Shown here: positions 50,305 to 60,142 of the stretch, in pieces
How the letters are laid out: each line of letters begins with the position of its first letter
Numbering within the stretch: position 1 is the first letter of the stretch
Source of the DNA: a virus
Taxonomy: Duplodnaviria; Caudoviricetes
Length of the DNA: 64,000 nt
IMG/VR virus record: IMGVR_UViG_3300020577_007160
Coordinates: 96,001-160,000 of that record
Reading direction: 5' to 3' (one strand)
Made by a program: the position numbers and the translations under genes
The notes under the pieces: generated by a model
Database searches by the model: none
The model's input: the letters and a program-made list of their open reading frames with translations, nothing else
What the model was told of the DNA's origin: nothing

Positions 50305-50876
50305 ATGTTCATTTCCGTAATAATGTTAAATATCTTCACGCATAAATCTACGTCATAAGAAGCATTATGAAGATTTTCTTCCTCAACAATAATTCCGAGG
50401 ATTGCTGCGATGGTTTGCAACTTAAAATCTACTAATTGATATCGCTTCTTTCTTAATCGGAAAGAAAGTATTGGATAAAGGTCAATGCAATCTGCCCAAA
50501 ACCATGAACCAAAATAATTGTCATTATTTCTTTTGAAAAATCCCCTGAATATCTCATTATCAAAAGAACTAATATTATATCCAGCAAGATGGAACTTATC
50601 CTGCTTATCATACTTATCAACATATTTTGATAATATCGCAACTATTTGTTGATAAATTTCAGGTTCTTTGGGATGAGACTGCAGGGATTCTAAAGTAACT
50701 TTTCCGATAGCTAGTGCTTCCTCCGTATAAGAAAACCCTTCATGAGGGCATACCTTAAAATTGAAGGTTTCTTTCACTTCACCTTCAATCATAATTGCAC
50801 CAGAAATCTGGTGAATTCCTAGTGTTGACTTTTTGACATCTGTTGTCTCCAGGTCATAGAAGAATATCTTTTCCAC
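50301..50876 (-). CDS. DEDDh 3'-5' exonuclease (DnaQ-like)
   Basis: YDLETT, GYN..SFD, LHNASYDV; probable GTG start at 50876. Confidence 0.88.
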   Translation of the reverse strand: MEKIFFYDLETTDVKKSTLGIHQISGAIMIEGEVKETFNFKVCPHEGFSYTEEALAIGKVTLESLQSHPKEPEIYQQIVAILSKYVDKYDKQDKFHLAGYNISSFDNEIFRGFFKRNNDNYFGSWFWADCIDLYPILSFRLRKKRYQLVDFKLQTIAAILGIIVEEENLHNASYDVDLCVKIFNIITEMNI

Positions 50877-50943
50877 AGTAAAATCTTTCGTACAATAAAA
50901 GTATAATTTCAGATTAGAAAGAACGAAATTCAATCAATAAGAT

Positions 50944-51189
50944 CTACTTTACCATGATTGTCCCCATTTTATCATAATTAGTCCTATAAGTTTTAATAAC
51001 TTGTTCTGGAGTTAAAGGTATGGTTCTTTTATTCCATTTTAATAAAACTTTATCAGAGTCCTTGATAAGAACTTCGGCTATATACCAATTTTCTAATATT
51101 GTATTGTTAAATCCTGATTCTAAAATTCTACGAATAACCGATGAGTAATGTTCTTCCCAAAATGCAGAATCACCAGAAAAATTATTCAT
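50944..51189 (-). CDS. Hypothetical protein
   Basis: 81-aa ORF. Confidence 0.55.
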   Translation of the reverse strand: MNNFSGDSAFWEEHYSSVIRRILESGFNNTILENWYIAEVLIKDSDKVLLKWNKRTIPLTPEQVIKTYRTNYDKMGTIMVK

Positions 51190-51219
51190 ATTATCAATGA
51201 GTATAATTATAAAATAAAA

Positions 51220-51245
51220 TCACTTTTCTTTTTTGAGAAAAGTGA
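51220..51245 (-). terminator. Intrinsic terminator
   Basis: TCACTTTTCT/AGAAAAGTGA stem followed by T tract on minus strand. Confidence 0.55.
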
Positions 51246-51265
51246 CTTACCTATTAAAATCAATA

Positions 51266-51535
51266 TCAATCTTCTAATTCAGATTTAACTAAAATCTGAA
51301 CTTGTCTTGGTAATTGAGAAAATCGTATTCTTTTGCCTAAGTGGCTTCCTACCTGACCTGACGTATGTTGCCAGAATCCATGGGGCTGTGTTGGTTCTTC
51401 GGAACTCCCAACCATCTGGTACATGCCATTACGCTCTCTTTCAAAATCGAGAAATACAATTGTGTATCTATCGAAAGATTCTGACCCTGCGTCATAAACA
51501 GTTATTTCATGACCCATTACAATTTCTGAAGACAT
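51266..51535 (-). CDS. Hypothetical phage protein
   Basis: DRYTIV...HLGKRI.F..LP globular pattern. Confidence 0.65.
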   Translation of the reverse strand: MSSEIVMGHEITVYDAGSESFDRYTIVFLDFERERNGMYQMVGSSEEPTQPHGFWQHTSGQVGSHLGKRIRFSQLPRQVQILVKSELED

Positions 51536-51562
51536 TTGATTTTCCTAAACTAGTAAACAAAA

Positions 51563-51928
51563 TTAAAGTTCTTTTATAACGGAATAATACGTGCTGTAAT
51601 AAAACATTTTATCTTTTAATGTTAAATACCGAAATTTGACATTAATAGTTTTTATTTTAGACTTTTGAACTTGTTCTAAAGATTTTAGAATTTTTAAATG
51701 TAAAGGAAACTCAAATATTTTATCATAAAATGAATACCGGATCAAAAGAATAAGTTTCGTAGAAGAACAATACCATATACATGCTATATATGAACTATTG
51801 TAAATTTCATTATTAATTTTCAAACCTGATTGAGCAATACTCTTTGGTAGAGAGTATCCAGAACTTGCTACTTGTTTTAGCTGTCCAGACTTAACCATTC
51901 TGTTAATATCAAACCAATTGTCAATCAT
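51563..51928 (-). CDS. Hypothetical protein
   Basis: Coupled ORF. Confidence 0.55.
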   Translation of the reverse strand: MIDNWFDINRMVKSGQLKQVASSGYSLPKSIAQSGLKINNEIYNSSYIACIWYCSSTKLILLIRYSFYDKIFEFPLHLKILKSLEQVQKSKIKTINVKFRYLTLKDKMFYYSTYYSVIKEL

Positions 51929-52476
51929 TGACTCTTAGAAAAAGAATGTTTATAAGTTGTATGCTTTCTTGTTATTGAATACACTAGAGTATTGGCGATT
52001 AATTCCAAGGGGAAATCTATTGTATTCATCAATTTTTCCCGATAGTATTCCCCTGAACCTGCCTCAAGATATGCTATGGTCATGTGGGGAATATAATCCT
52101 GATATGTTGGTTTGACACCAAAAAATCTTAAAAAAGAATCTTTGATAGATTCGAGTTCTTTTGTTTTGAAAACTTTAAAATAAAGAACATCATAACCATT
52201 ATTTTCAAATATACCAATATCTTGGATTTCTAATTTAAGAGGTAAATTTCTTTTAAAGAATTTAAATATATCAGATATTGAAAGATCTTTAGGAATGTCT
52301 GAAGAATAGAACAAAGTTACGTGTGGTTCAGATTCTTTGCCATATTCATGAACGTCAGAGTTAGGGATAGAACGTAAGATCCTTCCCCAAAATTCAGGAG
52401 AAATCTTATTGTTCAATAACAGGTAAACACAACTACTATCAGTTTGAATTTCTCGTTCTAGTATTTTAGTTTTCAT
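51925..52476 (-). CDS. 2H phosphoesterase (T4 gp57B/Acb1-like)
   Basis: Two HxT motifs: EPHVTL and YIPHMTIAY; FEN..YDVL. Confidence 0.8.
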   Translation of the reverse strand: MKTKILEREIQTDSSCVYLLLNNKISPEFWGRILRSIPNSDVHEYGKESEPHVTLFYSSDIPKDLSISDIFKFFKRNLPLKLEIQDIGIFENNGYDVLYFKVFKTKELESIKDSFLRFFGVKPTYQDYIPHMTIAYLEAGSGEYYREKLMNTIDFPLELIANTLVYSITRKHTTYKHSFSKSQ

Positions 52477-52521
52477 AAAAGAAAATTTAATATTATAGAT
52501 CTTTTAATTATTAATTAACTA

Positions 52522-52941
52522 TTAATTTTCTTTTGTTGGCTCTTCTTGTGTTGATTTAATATATGTTATTTGTTTTGATAACTCTTCCATCAGCAGGTCG
52601 TAACTGCATTCCATTCCTTCAACAAAATCTTCAGTAACTGAATCTTCGACTGAACTTACTGATTTTTCAAAAACAATTCCTAAATAAACTAACAACTCAT
52701 TTCCATCTGCTAGTTTTTTATTAGAAAGAGCATAATTGAGTCTCATGAACTTAAAGAAAATAAGAACTTCTAAAAGAACATATGATGCCCTAAAATAGAA
52801 CTCCCAGGATAATGGATTGGTAGTGCCAATGAGGATACAAAATCCTAGATAAATAAAAATAGAAAATATAAAGAAAGCAAAATAAGAAGCATAAACAATT
52901 GCGAACTTATTCGAATCAAAAATTTCTTTAGGAGAATTCAT
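52522..52941 (-). CDS. Membrane protein (two TM helices)
   Basis: Two hydrophobic segments. Confidence 0.6.
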   Translation of the reverse strand: MNSPKEIFDSNKFAIVYASYFAFFIFSIFIYLGFCILIGTTNPLSWEFYFRASYVLLEVLIFFKFMRLNYALSNKKLADGNELLVYLGIVFEKSVSSVEDSVTEDFVEGMECSYDLLMEELSKQITYIKSTQEEPTKEN

Positions 52942-52963
52942 AGTAGTTTATTATCAATAAATG

Positions 52964-53221
52964 TTATGATACACCAAACTCTTCAAATGAAACCAAGACT
53001 CCAATAGAATCTAGGTAGTTTTGAATCTTTTCGGATTCATCCTGCGTCAAAGGTCTCGACTTATATAACTTCGTTTTCAAAGAGTTATAATTTAACTTAC
53101 AAGCAGAACAAACCTGAGTTATTTTAATAAAATGTGACAGTTCCTTTAACCTTGTAATAGTTAAAGGAACTGTACGAATGATTCGAGTTGAATTACTTTT
53201 TTCGGATCTTGGAATTTTCAC
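52964..53221 (-). CDS. Hypothetical protein, possible HTH
   Basis: ITQVCSACKLNYNSLKTKL HTH-like; follows rIIB. Confidence 0.45.
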   Translation of the reverse strand: MKIPRSEKSNSTRIIRTVPLTITRLKELSHFIKITQVCSACKLNYNSLKTKLYKSRPLTQDESEKIQNYLDSIGVLVSFEEFGVS

Positions 53222-54494
53222 TCTTTTTCTCGTGAATTACTGAATAGTTTTGATCAACAAACTTTTTGAATGTTGCGATTGGAAAATTTGAGAATGTTTT
53301 ATTGAACGCTTTTCGTAAACCACCCCATGTTATTGAACCTAATTTTTCGAGTTTTTTATCAATCCAGGATTCAAAATCAATATTGGAAGTTTCGATTGCA
53401 ATGTTTTCTGAAATAGAAAACTGTTCTATAAAACTTGCTGTTGATAAAAATTTGTTTTTTCTGAGAGCATTCTGAAAATCCATTTTGCACAGTACTCGAT
53501 ACTTGCAAACTCGGATTTTTCCCTCATTTGTCCCTGGAACAGAGACCAGATCTCGAGGATCAATTTCTACTGCCAGGAGAACATCGCTTGCCCTATCCCA
53601 GTAGTTATGGATATAATCCAAATTTCCAACGTGTAAACCTGCACTACAAGTCTGATTCCTGTCCTGAGTGACTTTGTCACGGGGCATACGTATCGTTGCT
53701 CCTACGTTGTTTTTGATGGAACTGGAATACTTGTCATAAAGGTCTTTTCGAACTGCTTTGTACCCAATGATATTACCTTCTTCATTGATAATGAATTTTT
53801 GCATTGAAAGATATAGCAAAAAATATGGGAGTTCCGAAATAGATTCATTACTCAATAATTTCACTATAAACTTTTTGAAAAAATCAAGATTCTTATAGGA
53901 ATCAATATCAAAACATAAATCTTTGATTATATCTTTGAACGCGGGTATCTCATATTCCTTATCCCCCTGATAAAGATAAAAGATATTATTGCGATGAGTT
54001 ATGAATTCTTTCAGATTTTCTGTTATGAAAATAACAGGATCCGAAAGTTCAAACATTGTTTGATAATCTTTGGCTTTGAATAATTCTTGTAAAAAATAAA
54101 AATGGGGATGACCTTGTGCCACGTTGATGACCTTGTTTGTAGCAGTATCAATGATGTTCAAAAAATCCTTTGAAAATATACCTTTATATCTTTCTGGGGA
54201 TTCTAACAACTCCTCATTGATTTTTAATTCCTTATAGGAAGGATATGTTCCTATGGTTTCAATCGGTTTTTCTGATTGAATTTCAGTAGTGCTTTTCTTT
54301 GTTATTCGGGATTGTTCAGTTTTCTTTTCTGGAATTATATTGTATTCTTTCCAGACAAAAGTTTTCAACTCTTTCGAGTCAGGTTCTTGGGGGAAATCTT
54401 TTTTGAAAGATTTTTGGATAGATCCCCAAGCTAGAGAGTCCTGCTTCTCTAGCTTTTTATCAATCCAGATTTTCCAATCAGTTTGTTTTGACAT
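53193..54494 (-). CDS. rIIB: rIIB-like protein
   Basis: GYKAVR.D..D, MPR..V, CSAGLHVG, DPRDLVSVP, K.RVCKY; adjacent to rIIA. Confidence 0.88.
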   Translation of the reverse strand: MSKQTDWKIWIDKKLEKQDSLAWGSIQKSFKKDFPQEPDSKELKTFVWKEYNIIPEKKTEQSRITKKSTTEIQSEKPIETIGTYPSYKELKINEELLESPERYKGIFSKDFLNIIDTATNKVINVAQGHPHFYFLQELFKAKDYQTMFELSDPVIFITENLKEFITHRNNIFYLYQGDKEYEIPAFKDIIKDLCFDIDSYKNLDFFKKFIVKLLSNESISELPYFLLYLSMQKFIINEEGNIIGYKAVRKDLYDKYSSSIKNNVGATIRMPRDKVTQDRNQTCSAGLHVGNLDYIHNYWDRASDVLLAVEIDPRDLVSVPGTNEGKIRVCKYRVLCKMDFQNALRKNKFLSTASFIEQFSISENIAIETSNIDFESWIDKKLEKLGSITWGGLRKAFNKTFSNFPIATFKKFVDQNYSVIHEKKSENSKIRKK

Positions 54495-54495
54495 T

Positions 54496-56997
54496 TTAAA
54501 ATCCTTGTGCTATAAATTTAGAATTAATTGAGTTAAAATTTTTCTCTTTGTGACCTTCGTAGTAAGAATACGTATTGAGAATTTCATGTCGTAGATAATT
54601 CATTCTCAGGAAGAAGAACGTATCTGCTTTTATAATCTTAGAACAAACTGATTTTAAATACTCTGTTGAAGACTCTGGCAAAGGAACTTGACAGTCCGCA
54701 GCATTTAAAAATATTATGGGCTTCAATACTCGATATAAAAGTTCTATGAAATCCCTTCGATCTTTCGGGATTTGACTTGAAAATGAAACTGGAGAACTCG
54801 TATTCTTCATGAATAATTTCAATTTCTTTAAATTTCTATTTAATTTCGTATTCTTCTTTTGGATTGAGTTCTCAGGATTGTGCCTATAATTGTGTTCAAA
54901 TATTGTTAGCCAACTAACAAACTCTCGAAATGACTCCATATCTCTGAATCCTAAACCATGCAAAAATTCGGACAAAGAATCAAAATTATATTGATTAATT
55001 CGATATCCGAGTCTAAGAGTTTTTAAATACAAGGAATCTTTTGCGGAAAACGAATTCCGAATTTCAAAACACTTATTGAGAAACTCAGTGTTAAAATCCT
55101 CAAATGCCAGAACTTCATAGGGAGCATTGGCCAAATCCTTAGCATTCATTTTAACAAAAACAGGAATGAAGTTTAAAATCTGAGAACATAATTTTACGAA
55201 ATTATAAAAATAAATAGAATGATACGTATCATAAAATTGTACTTTATTCCCAGCATAGGATAAAAATAAATTCTTATCCTGATTAATTTTTTGCGTTGGG
55301 CAATTTATCAATTTTATTATTTTTGGGGAAGACGTAGTTGTTTCAATGTAATCATAAATTTCACGGATAGTCGTCACCTCCGTAAAGTTACGGTGTGGGT
55401 TACCTAAATCTAATCGTGGGGAAATAACCGTAATTGACTTGGAAATCTTCACAGGCTCAGATGAACCATAGTTTTCTAAATCAGAAACTTTCAATATGAA
55501 AAATCCAAGATCTCTTACTTTTGAGATATACTCATCAACGGAAATATCACTCTTTGGATACACCAGGAAAAGGGATGGCAAATCAATAGGGTTATGTACG
55601 TCGGAATGATTGTAAAAGGAATATCCTGGAACTTCTGCATTTAATTTTTCTCGAACTTCCGCGATACCTCTAGTATTCACTAAGGTATTACGCCAAGTAT
55701 GGAGACAGATTTCATCTTTGGCACGGTTGCTCGTGCCTACAATGAGTAAGGGGTAATTTCGATGATTAAATACATTACTATTGGTATTGACCATACTTTG
55801 AATTCTCGCGATATCATAAGACTTCTTAAACCGATAATCCTTACCAAATTTGCTGACTGTTTTAACAAAAATATCGGAAGTCAAATCTAATAATTTTTGT
55901 GAATCTAAGGTATATTCTAATTTGGATAAATCAAAAATACGATTCTGTTCTGGATCTTTGAGTACTCCAGAAAGTCTGATATTTATTGACAATTTTGAAT
56001 ATGAGTTTATATTTCCGTTTTTATTGAAAAAATCAGACTTTATGGATTCGAAATAAAAGTCTTTGAATCTTTCCATATAAGATTTCAATACTTTTGCATT
56101 AGAATTTGTCATTTCTATTTGTTCTCTATTGGAAGAGAATTCAATTTCTCCCATAGGAACTTTAAAAATAACATGAGTATTTCTATTAAATGTTGGATTA
56201 TCAACATTCTTCCAAAACCAATCTTTATCTATATTATATGCAACATTCCCCATCACTACTTGAAAGTTCAAAAACACTGATTCTTGAATAAACATTTCGG
56301 GTGAATTCAATACAGGTTTCCCATGGGAAAGAATTATTCCATAATTGGTTGAAAATATATCAGGAGTTTTTAAGTCATAATCTGATGGTTCTCCTAAGAG
56401 TTTATAAGGGAAAGATAATGCTATACTATAATTTTCAAATTCTGACCTGAACTTAGAAAAATCTTCATTCTTAATTGGCACACTTATTTCCAATCCGGAG
56501 TCTTCCTCTGTAGGAATGGAATTGAACAAAGATATTGAACCCAATCCCGTATCATCAAGATATGCAGCATAAGTATAAAGTTTTCCTTCATAATACGAAT
56601 TAATAAGAAATGATTCTGAATACGAGAATGCTGCCTTAGAACCAATTCCAATACAACCAGTGAAATCATCTGAATTTCTTTTGGTGCTTGCACCATAAGA
56701 AATGAATATATTCTCAATATCTTCCTGAGACAACCCTCTACCAAAATCACGAACTTTGAAATAGTGATTTAATTCTGATGGTAAAGTTATTTCAATAGGA
56801 CGTGAAGAGTTATTTTCTATAGTAGCGTCAATAGCATTAGTAACATATTCTCGAATGACTGCCAACACTTTATTATTGTACAGTTTATTTCGGAGAATGT
56901 TCACAATATGAACTACGTTCTCCGTTTGGATATAGAAATTTTTGGTTGAAAAATCCCCAAGGATACCAACTTCTCTTTCAATCAAATTTGTTCTCAT
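54496..56997 (-). CDS. rIIA: rIIA-like protein (GHKL ATPase N-terminus)
   Basis: LY..K.LAVIREY.TNAIDA, VRDFGRGL, YGASTK, GCIGIGSK. Confidence 0.88.
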   Translation of the reverse strand: MRTNLIEREVGILGDFSTKNFYIQTENVVHIVNILRNKLYNNKVLAVIREYVTNAIDATIENNSSRPIEITLPSELNHYFKVRDFGRGLSQEDIENIFISYGASTKRNSDDFTGCIGIGSKAAFSYSESFLINSYYEGKLYTYAAYLDDTGLGSISLFNSIPTEEDSGLEISVPIKNEDFSKFRSEFENYSIALSFPYKLLGEPSDYDLKTPDIFSTNYGIILSHGKPVLNSPEMFIQESVFLNFQVVMGNVAYNIDKDWFWKNVDNPTFNRNTHVIFKVPMGEIEFSSNREQIEMTNSNAKVLKSYMERFKDFYFESIKSDFFNKNGNINSYSKLSINIRLSGVLKDPEQNRIFDLSKLEYTLDSQKLLDLTSDIFVKTVSKFGKDYRFKKSYDIARIQSMVNTNSNVFNHRNYPLLIVGTSNRAKDEICLHTWRNTLVNTRGIAEVREKLNAEVPGYSFYNHSDVHNPIDLPSLFLVYPKSDISVDEYISKVRDLGFFILKVSDLENYGSSEPVKISKSITVISPRLDLGNPHRNFTEVTTIREIYDYIETTTSSPKIIKLINCPTQKINQDKNLFLSYAGNKVQFYDTYHSIYFYNFVKLCSQILNFIPVFVKMNAKDLANAPYEVLAFEDFNTEFLNKCFEIRNSFSAKDSLYLKTLRLGYRINQYNFDSLSEFLHGLGFRDMESFREFVSWLTIFEHNYRHNPENSIQKKNTKLNRNLKKLKLFMKNTSSPVSFSSQIPKDRRDFIELLYRVLKPIIFLNAADCQVPLPESSTEYLKSVCSKIIKADTFFFLRMNYLRHEILNTYSYYEGHKEKNFNSINSKFIAQGF

Positions 56998-57066
56998 ATT
57001 TTTCAAAATTTAAAATGAATCAAATACTCACTGTAGGGGAAAGAACGTCTAATGGTCTATAAAAAG

Positions 57067-57104
57067 AAAGTTCTTGTCATTACAAAAGTAACAACAAGAA
57101 CTTT
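57067..57104 (-). terminator. Intrinsic terminator
   Basis: AAAGTTCTTGT...ACAAGAACTTT stem, T tract on minus strand. Confidence 0.6.
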
Positions 57105-57128
57105 GAATCTTGGATTGAGAACTATAAA

Positions 57129-57437
57129 TTAATAACCAGCTATATCCAATTTCTTTTTGATATAAGCAATTACCTTTTCAGCTACGTCTTCTTCCTCGTA
57201 ATTCATTTGTCGTTTCCGCCAATAATCTAATTTTTTTACATCATCACTGGTAGCAATTTTTGAAAAATTACGTATATCAGTATAATCTAATTCATCATCG
57301 TTATGCTGGGACACATCTTGTAGAAATGCATCAATTCTACCTGGTAACTTTGAAGTTACATTAGCTTCCGCAATCCCTACTTTTTTCTCAAGTCTCTCTA
57401 ATCTTTCAACTAGAGAAGAAGTTCTATTTCGCACCAT
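57129..57437 (-). CDS. Leader-bearing hypothetical protein (outside structural cluster)
   Basis: MVRNRTSSLVERLERLEKKVGIAEA. Confidence 0.7.
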   Translation of the reverse strand: MVRNRTSSLVERLERLEKKVGIAEANVTSKLPGRIDAFLQDVSQHNDDELDYTDIRNFSKIATSDDVKKLDYWRKRQMNYEEEDVAEKVIAYIKKKLDIAGY

Positions 57438-57483
57438 TTCGATTTTCTTTCAATAAAGATTAAAATTATATATTATATAACGT

Positions 57484-58134
57484 TTAACATTCTAAATGAT
57501 CTAAATATTTATCTATTCCAAATTCTTCAAACTCTCTCCGTAATGGAAGAAATACGTCTTTTAAAATATCTTCAAAATTAGATGCTACGTGTCCCCCTGT
57601 TTCATAACAGACCAATTCCCCATCTGGAATGAAACTTCTTAAATCTTCTAAGTCTTCTTTGGAAGAAAATTTAGTAGTTTCATCATCTTTGTTTACAACA
57701 ATTTTTTCGAATCTTGGGAAATCATGTGAAATATTTTTAAGATCATTTTGAAATTTTATAAATTTCTTCAATTGATCTTCAGTGAAGATTGAATATCCCA
57801 ATTTTTCTGTTCCAACTCTTTCACCAATGTACTTTGAGAGTTGAACACTAGGATTATAGCAAGGATTAATTAAGAGTGCTGGAGAGGAATATAATTTAGA
57901 AAAGTAATAAGCAAAGAATGAGCCTAATGATATTCCAATGAATATAAGTTTATTATTTTCTTTTGAAATGCATTCTTTGATCTTTTGAATAGATTCTTCC
58001 AAATTATTATAATAATCTATTTCAATGGGTAAAAGATTATCTTCTTTATATATGAATTTTTCCAGTATTTTTATTTTATTAAATATACTTGGTCTTGACT
58101 CAATTTGAAACCCCTTGAAATACACTATATTCAT
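57484..58134 (-). CDS. YqiA/YcfP-like alpha/beta hydrolase
   Basis: GF, GISLG nucleophile elbow, LINP, DE, GGH. Confidence 0.8.
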   Translation of the reverse strand: MNIVYFKGFQIESRPSIFNKIKILEKFIYKEDNLLPIEIDYYNNLEESIQKIKECISKENNKLIFIGISLGSFFAYYFSKLYSSPALLINPCYNPSVQLSKYIGERVGTEKLGYSIFTEDQLKKFIKFQNDLKNISHDFPRFEKIVVNKDDETTKFSSKEDLEDLRSFIPDGELVCYETGGHVASNFEDILKDVFLPLRREFEEFGIDKYLDHLEC

Positions 58135-58186
58135 AATTCATCTATAATGAATAAACACCTTTGAACAACATAGAAGAACGAGAATA

Positions 58187-58732
58187 TTAGTTTAAAATCT
58201 TAGGTAGAAACTCGTAACCTTTGACCCATCCTACTAAGACCTTAGTTTTCACTTCCCCACCAATTATTCTATCGTAGTGATAACCATCAGAATCTAGTCT
58301 TAAAATAGGCTTATTGAGAATTTCTTGAACATATTGATTACTAATAGGAATAGATCCTAGTTTTAAGTTTATTCTCTCTGCTTTATGAGAAACTTCTGAC
58401 CAAGATCTTTGCATTTTGATGTCTTCACAAAATAACATATAGATATCTTTCTTTCCACGAGAAGATCCATCACAAGCAGCACATATGCTTTTCAATCCCC
58501 ACTGATCCCTGTAAGCAACAAGAGCAGATACGTTTAAGTCTCTTTTGACGATTTTCCATATTTTAGTTTTCGTCAATAGATCTTCTATGTTTTCTGCTCC
58601 TTTGAAACCGCCTACATAAGAATAACTTCTCTCAATTATCTCCCAGATTTCTTCTAAATTTCTGTAGAAAAAATCTGATTTCAAATTGTCTTTTGATAAA
58701 TCTATAGTAAGTATTCTCTCTGTCAAAATCAT
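58187..58732 (-). CDS. Hypothetical phage protein
   Basis: SYSYVGG, WKIVKR, WSEVS, DGYHYDR.IGG motifs. Confidence 0.65.
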   Translation of the reverse strand: MILTERILTIDLSKDNLKSDFFYRNLEEIWEIIERSYSYVGGFKGAENIEDLLTKTKIWKIVKRDLNVSALVAYRDQWGLKSICAACDGSSRGKKDIYMLFCEDIKMQRSWSEVSHKAERINLKLGSIPISNQYVQEILNKPILRLDSDGYHYDRIIGGEVKTKVLVGWVKGYEFLPKILN

Positions 58733-58741
58733 AGGATTACA

Positions 58742-58942
58742 TTACCATCTATGCTTAAACATTTCAATTGTTTTGAGAACGTGCTTCTGTAATTTCATCA
58801 TGTCTAACCACCATGCTGGTTCAACAGATGAGGAGGACTCAAAATGAGAATCAATATCATCAATTTCTTTCTCAATCTGAATACAAAGATCCAAATATGC
58901 AGAACGTGATAAATCATTATTTCTCATGTTTGATTCTTTCAT
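58742..58942 (-). CDS. Hypothetical protein
   Basis: Coupled ORF. Confidence 0.5.
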   Translation of the reverse strand: MKESNMRNNDLSRSAYLDLCIQIEKEIDDIDSHFESSSSVEPAWWLDMMKLQKHVLKTIEMFKHRW

Positions 58943-59346
58943 GTTTCCAAAAAATGTTTTTTATGAGTAAAATAACTTGATTCTTTCTCTGATCTCTGTT
59001 CTAACTCTGCCCCAATATTTTTCGCTAGATTAACAATGAAGTATCTTTCCTTTTCAGGAATATCTAAGGAAACAAAAGAACAGTAATCCCGCCACAATCC
59101 ATCGTATTTTTCTACTAAAGGATTTAATTGCTTTATTCCTTTGTCAGCGAGTTCAACATAGAAACTCACAACAAACTTGGAATAATGATTTTTCAACACA
59201 CCTAACGCATCCTCTGCTGAATTATTGATATCATCAGCTAGATTCTGAATAATGTTCTGATTAAAATTTATAAATTTTGTTTTACAACAAAATTTATATT
59301 TCAATTTTGAACCGCAAACGCAGGGCTTATTTAAAATGTTACTCAT
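58939..59346 (-). CDS. SEC-C motif protein
   Basis: NKPCVCGSKLKYKFCC. Confidence 0.75.
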   Translation of the reverse strand: MSNILNKPCVCGSKLKYKFCCKTKFINFNQNIIQNLADDINNSAEDALGVLKNHYSKFVVSFYVELADKGIKQLNPLVEKYDGLWRDYCSFVSLDIPEKERYFIVNLAKNIGAELEQRSEKESSYFTHKKHFLET

Positions 59347-59774
59347 AATGCTGATGATACTTTTTCCAGTGATTTTTCTGCTATTGCAGAAAGCCCTGAA
59401 ACATACAATTGATATAAAAAAGGATTATGAGTTTTCAACATATTTGGAAAGTGATCTTCTGACAAAGAAAAATAACTTCCATTAGTTAATTTAGAGTACT
59501 GATTATAATTAAAAATAATTGAACTCCAAATATCCACGTATTTCAGTACCAAGCAAACTGGCTTGTCAGTTTCAGAATTAGTAATATCTTCCATTAGAGT
59601 CAGAAACCGACATCGAAGTTCTTCCAATAAGAACAAGGGAAGAAATGTTACAATAGAATTGAAGACAGGATATTCCTTACAACCGAACAAATTAACAATC
59701 AGATTATTGATTGTTTCTCGTAGTTGCTCCGGCGTCATTTCGTTGATCTTTGCTAAGTCGGGTAGGTCGGTCAT
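59343..59774 (-). CDS. Hypothetical protein
   Basis: Coupled ORF. Confidence 0.55.
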   Translation of the reverse strand: MTDLPDLAKINEMTPEQLRETINNLIVNLFGCKEYPVFNSIVTFLPLFLLEELRCRFLTLMEDITNSETDKPVCLVLKYVDIWSSIIFNYNQYSKLTNGSYFSLSEDHFPNMLKTHNPFLYQLYVSGLSAIAEKSLEKVSSAL

Positions 59775-59872
59775 TAGTTTCTTCTACGTTATTATCAATA
59801 TTATTTTCATTGTTAACATCACGGGAAGTAGGAGTATGAATAACTTCTGTGATTAATTTCCGAGTTTTCATT

Positions 59873-60058
59873 TCAATCCTCAATTAAAAAATTTAATTCG
59901 TAAATGTCCTTATAAAACTCTTGTCCTGATATAACATGTCGCAAATGTGCGGATTCATAACCTCGAGTAATTTCAACTCCAAGGATTTCGAGGTCATCAT
60001 TGGGACTTATTTTCAATTTTTCATCAAGTTCAAGAATCTGAGATCCTTTGATCGTCAT
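59873..60058 (-). CDS. Hypothetical protein
   Basis: 61-aa ORF. Confidence 0.5.
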   Translation of the reverse strand: MTIKGSQILELDEKLKISPNDDLEILGVEITRGYESAHLRHVISGQEFYKDIYELNFLIED

Positions 60059-60142
60059 ATGGTTACCCTAAATAATAATGAATGAGGAGAACGTCCAGTC
60101 ATTCTTAATTCGGGATCCTGAACATAATCTTTGATACTCTTC

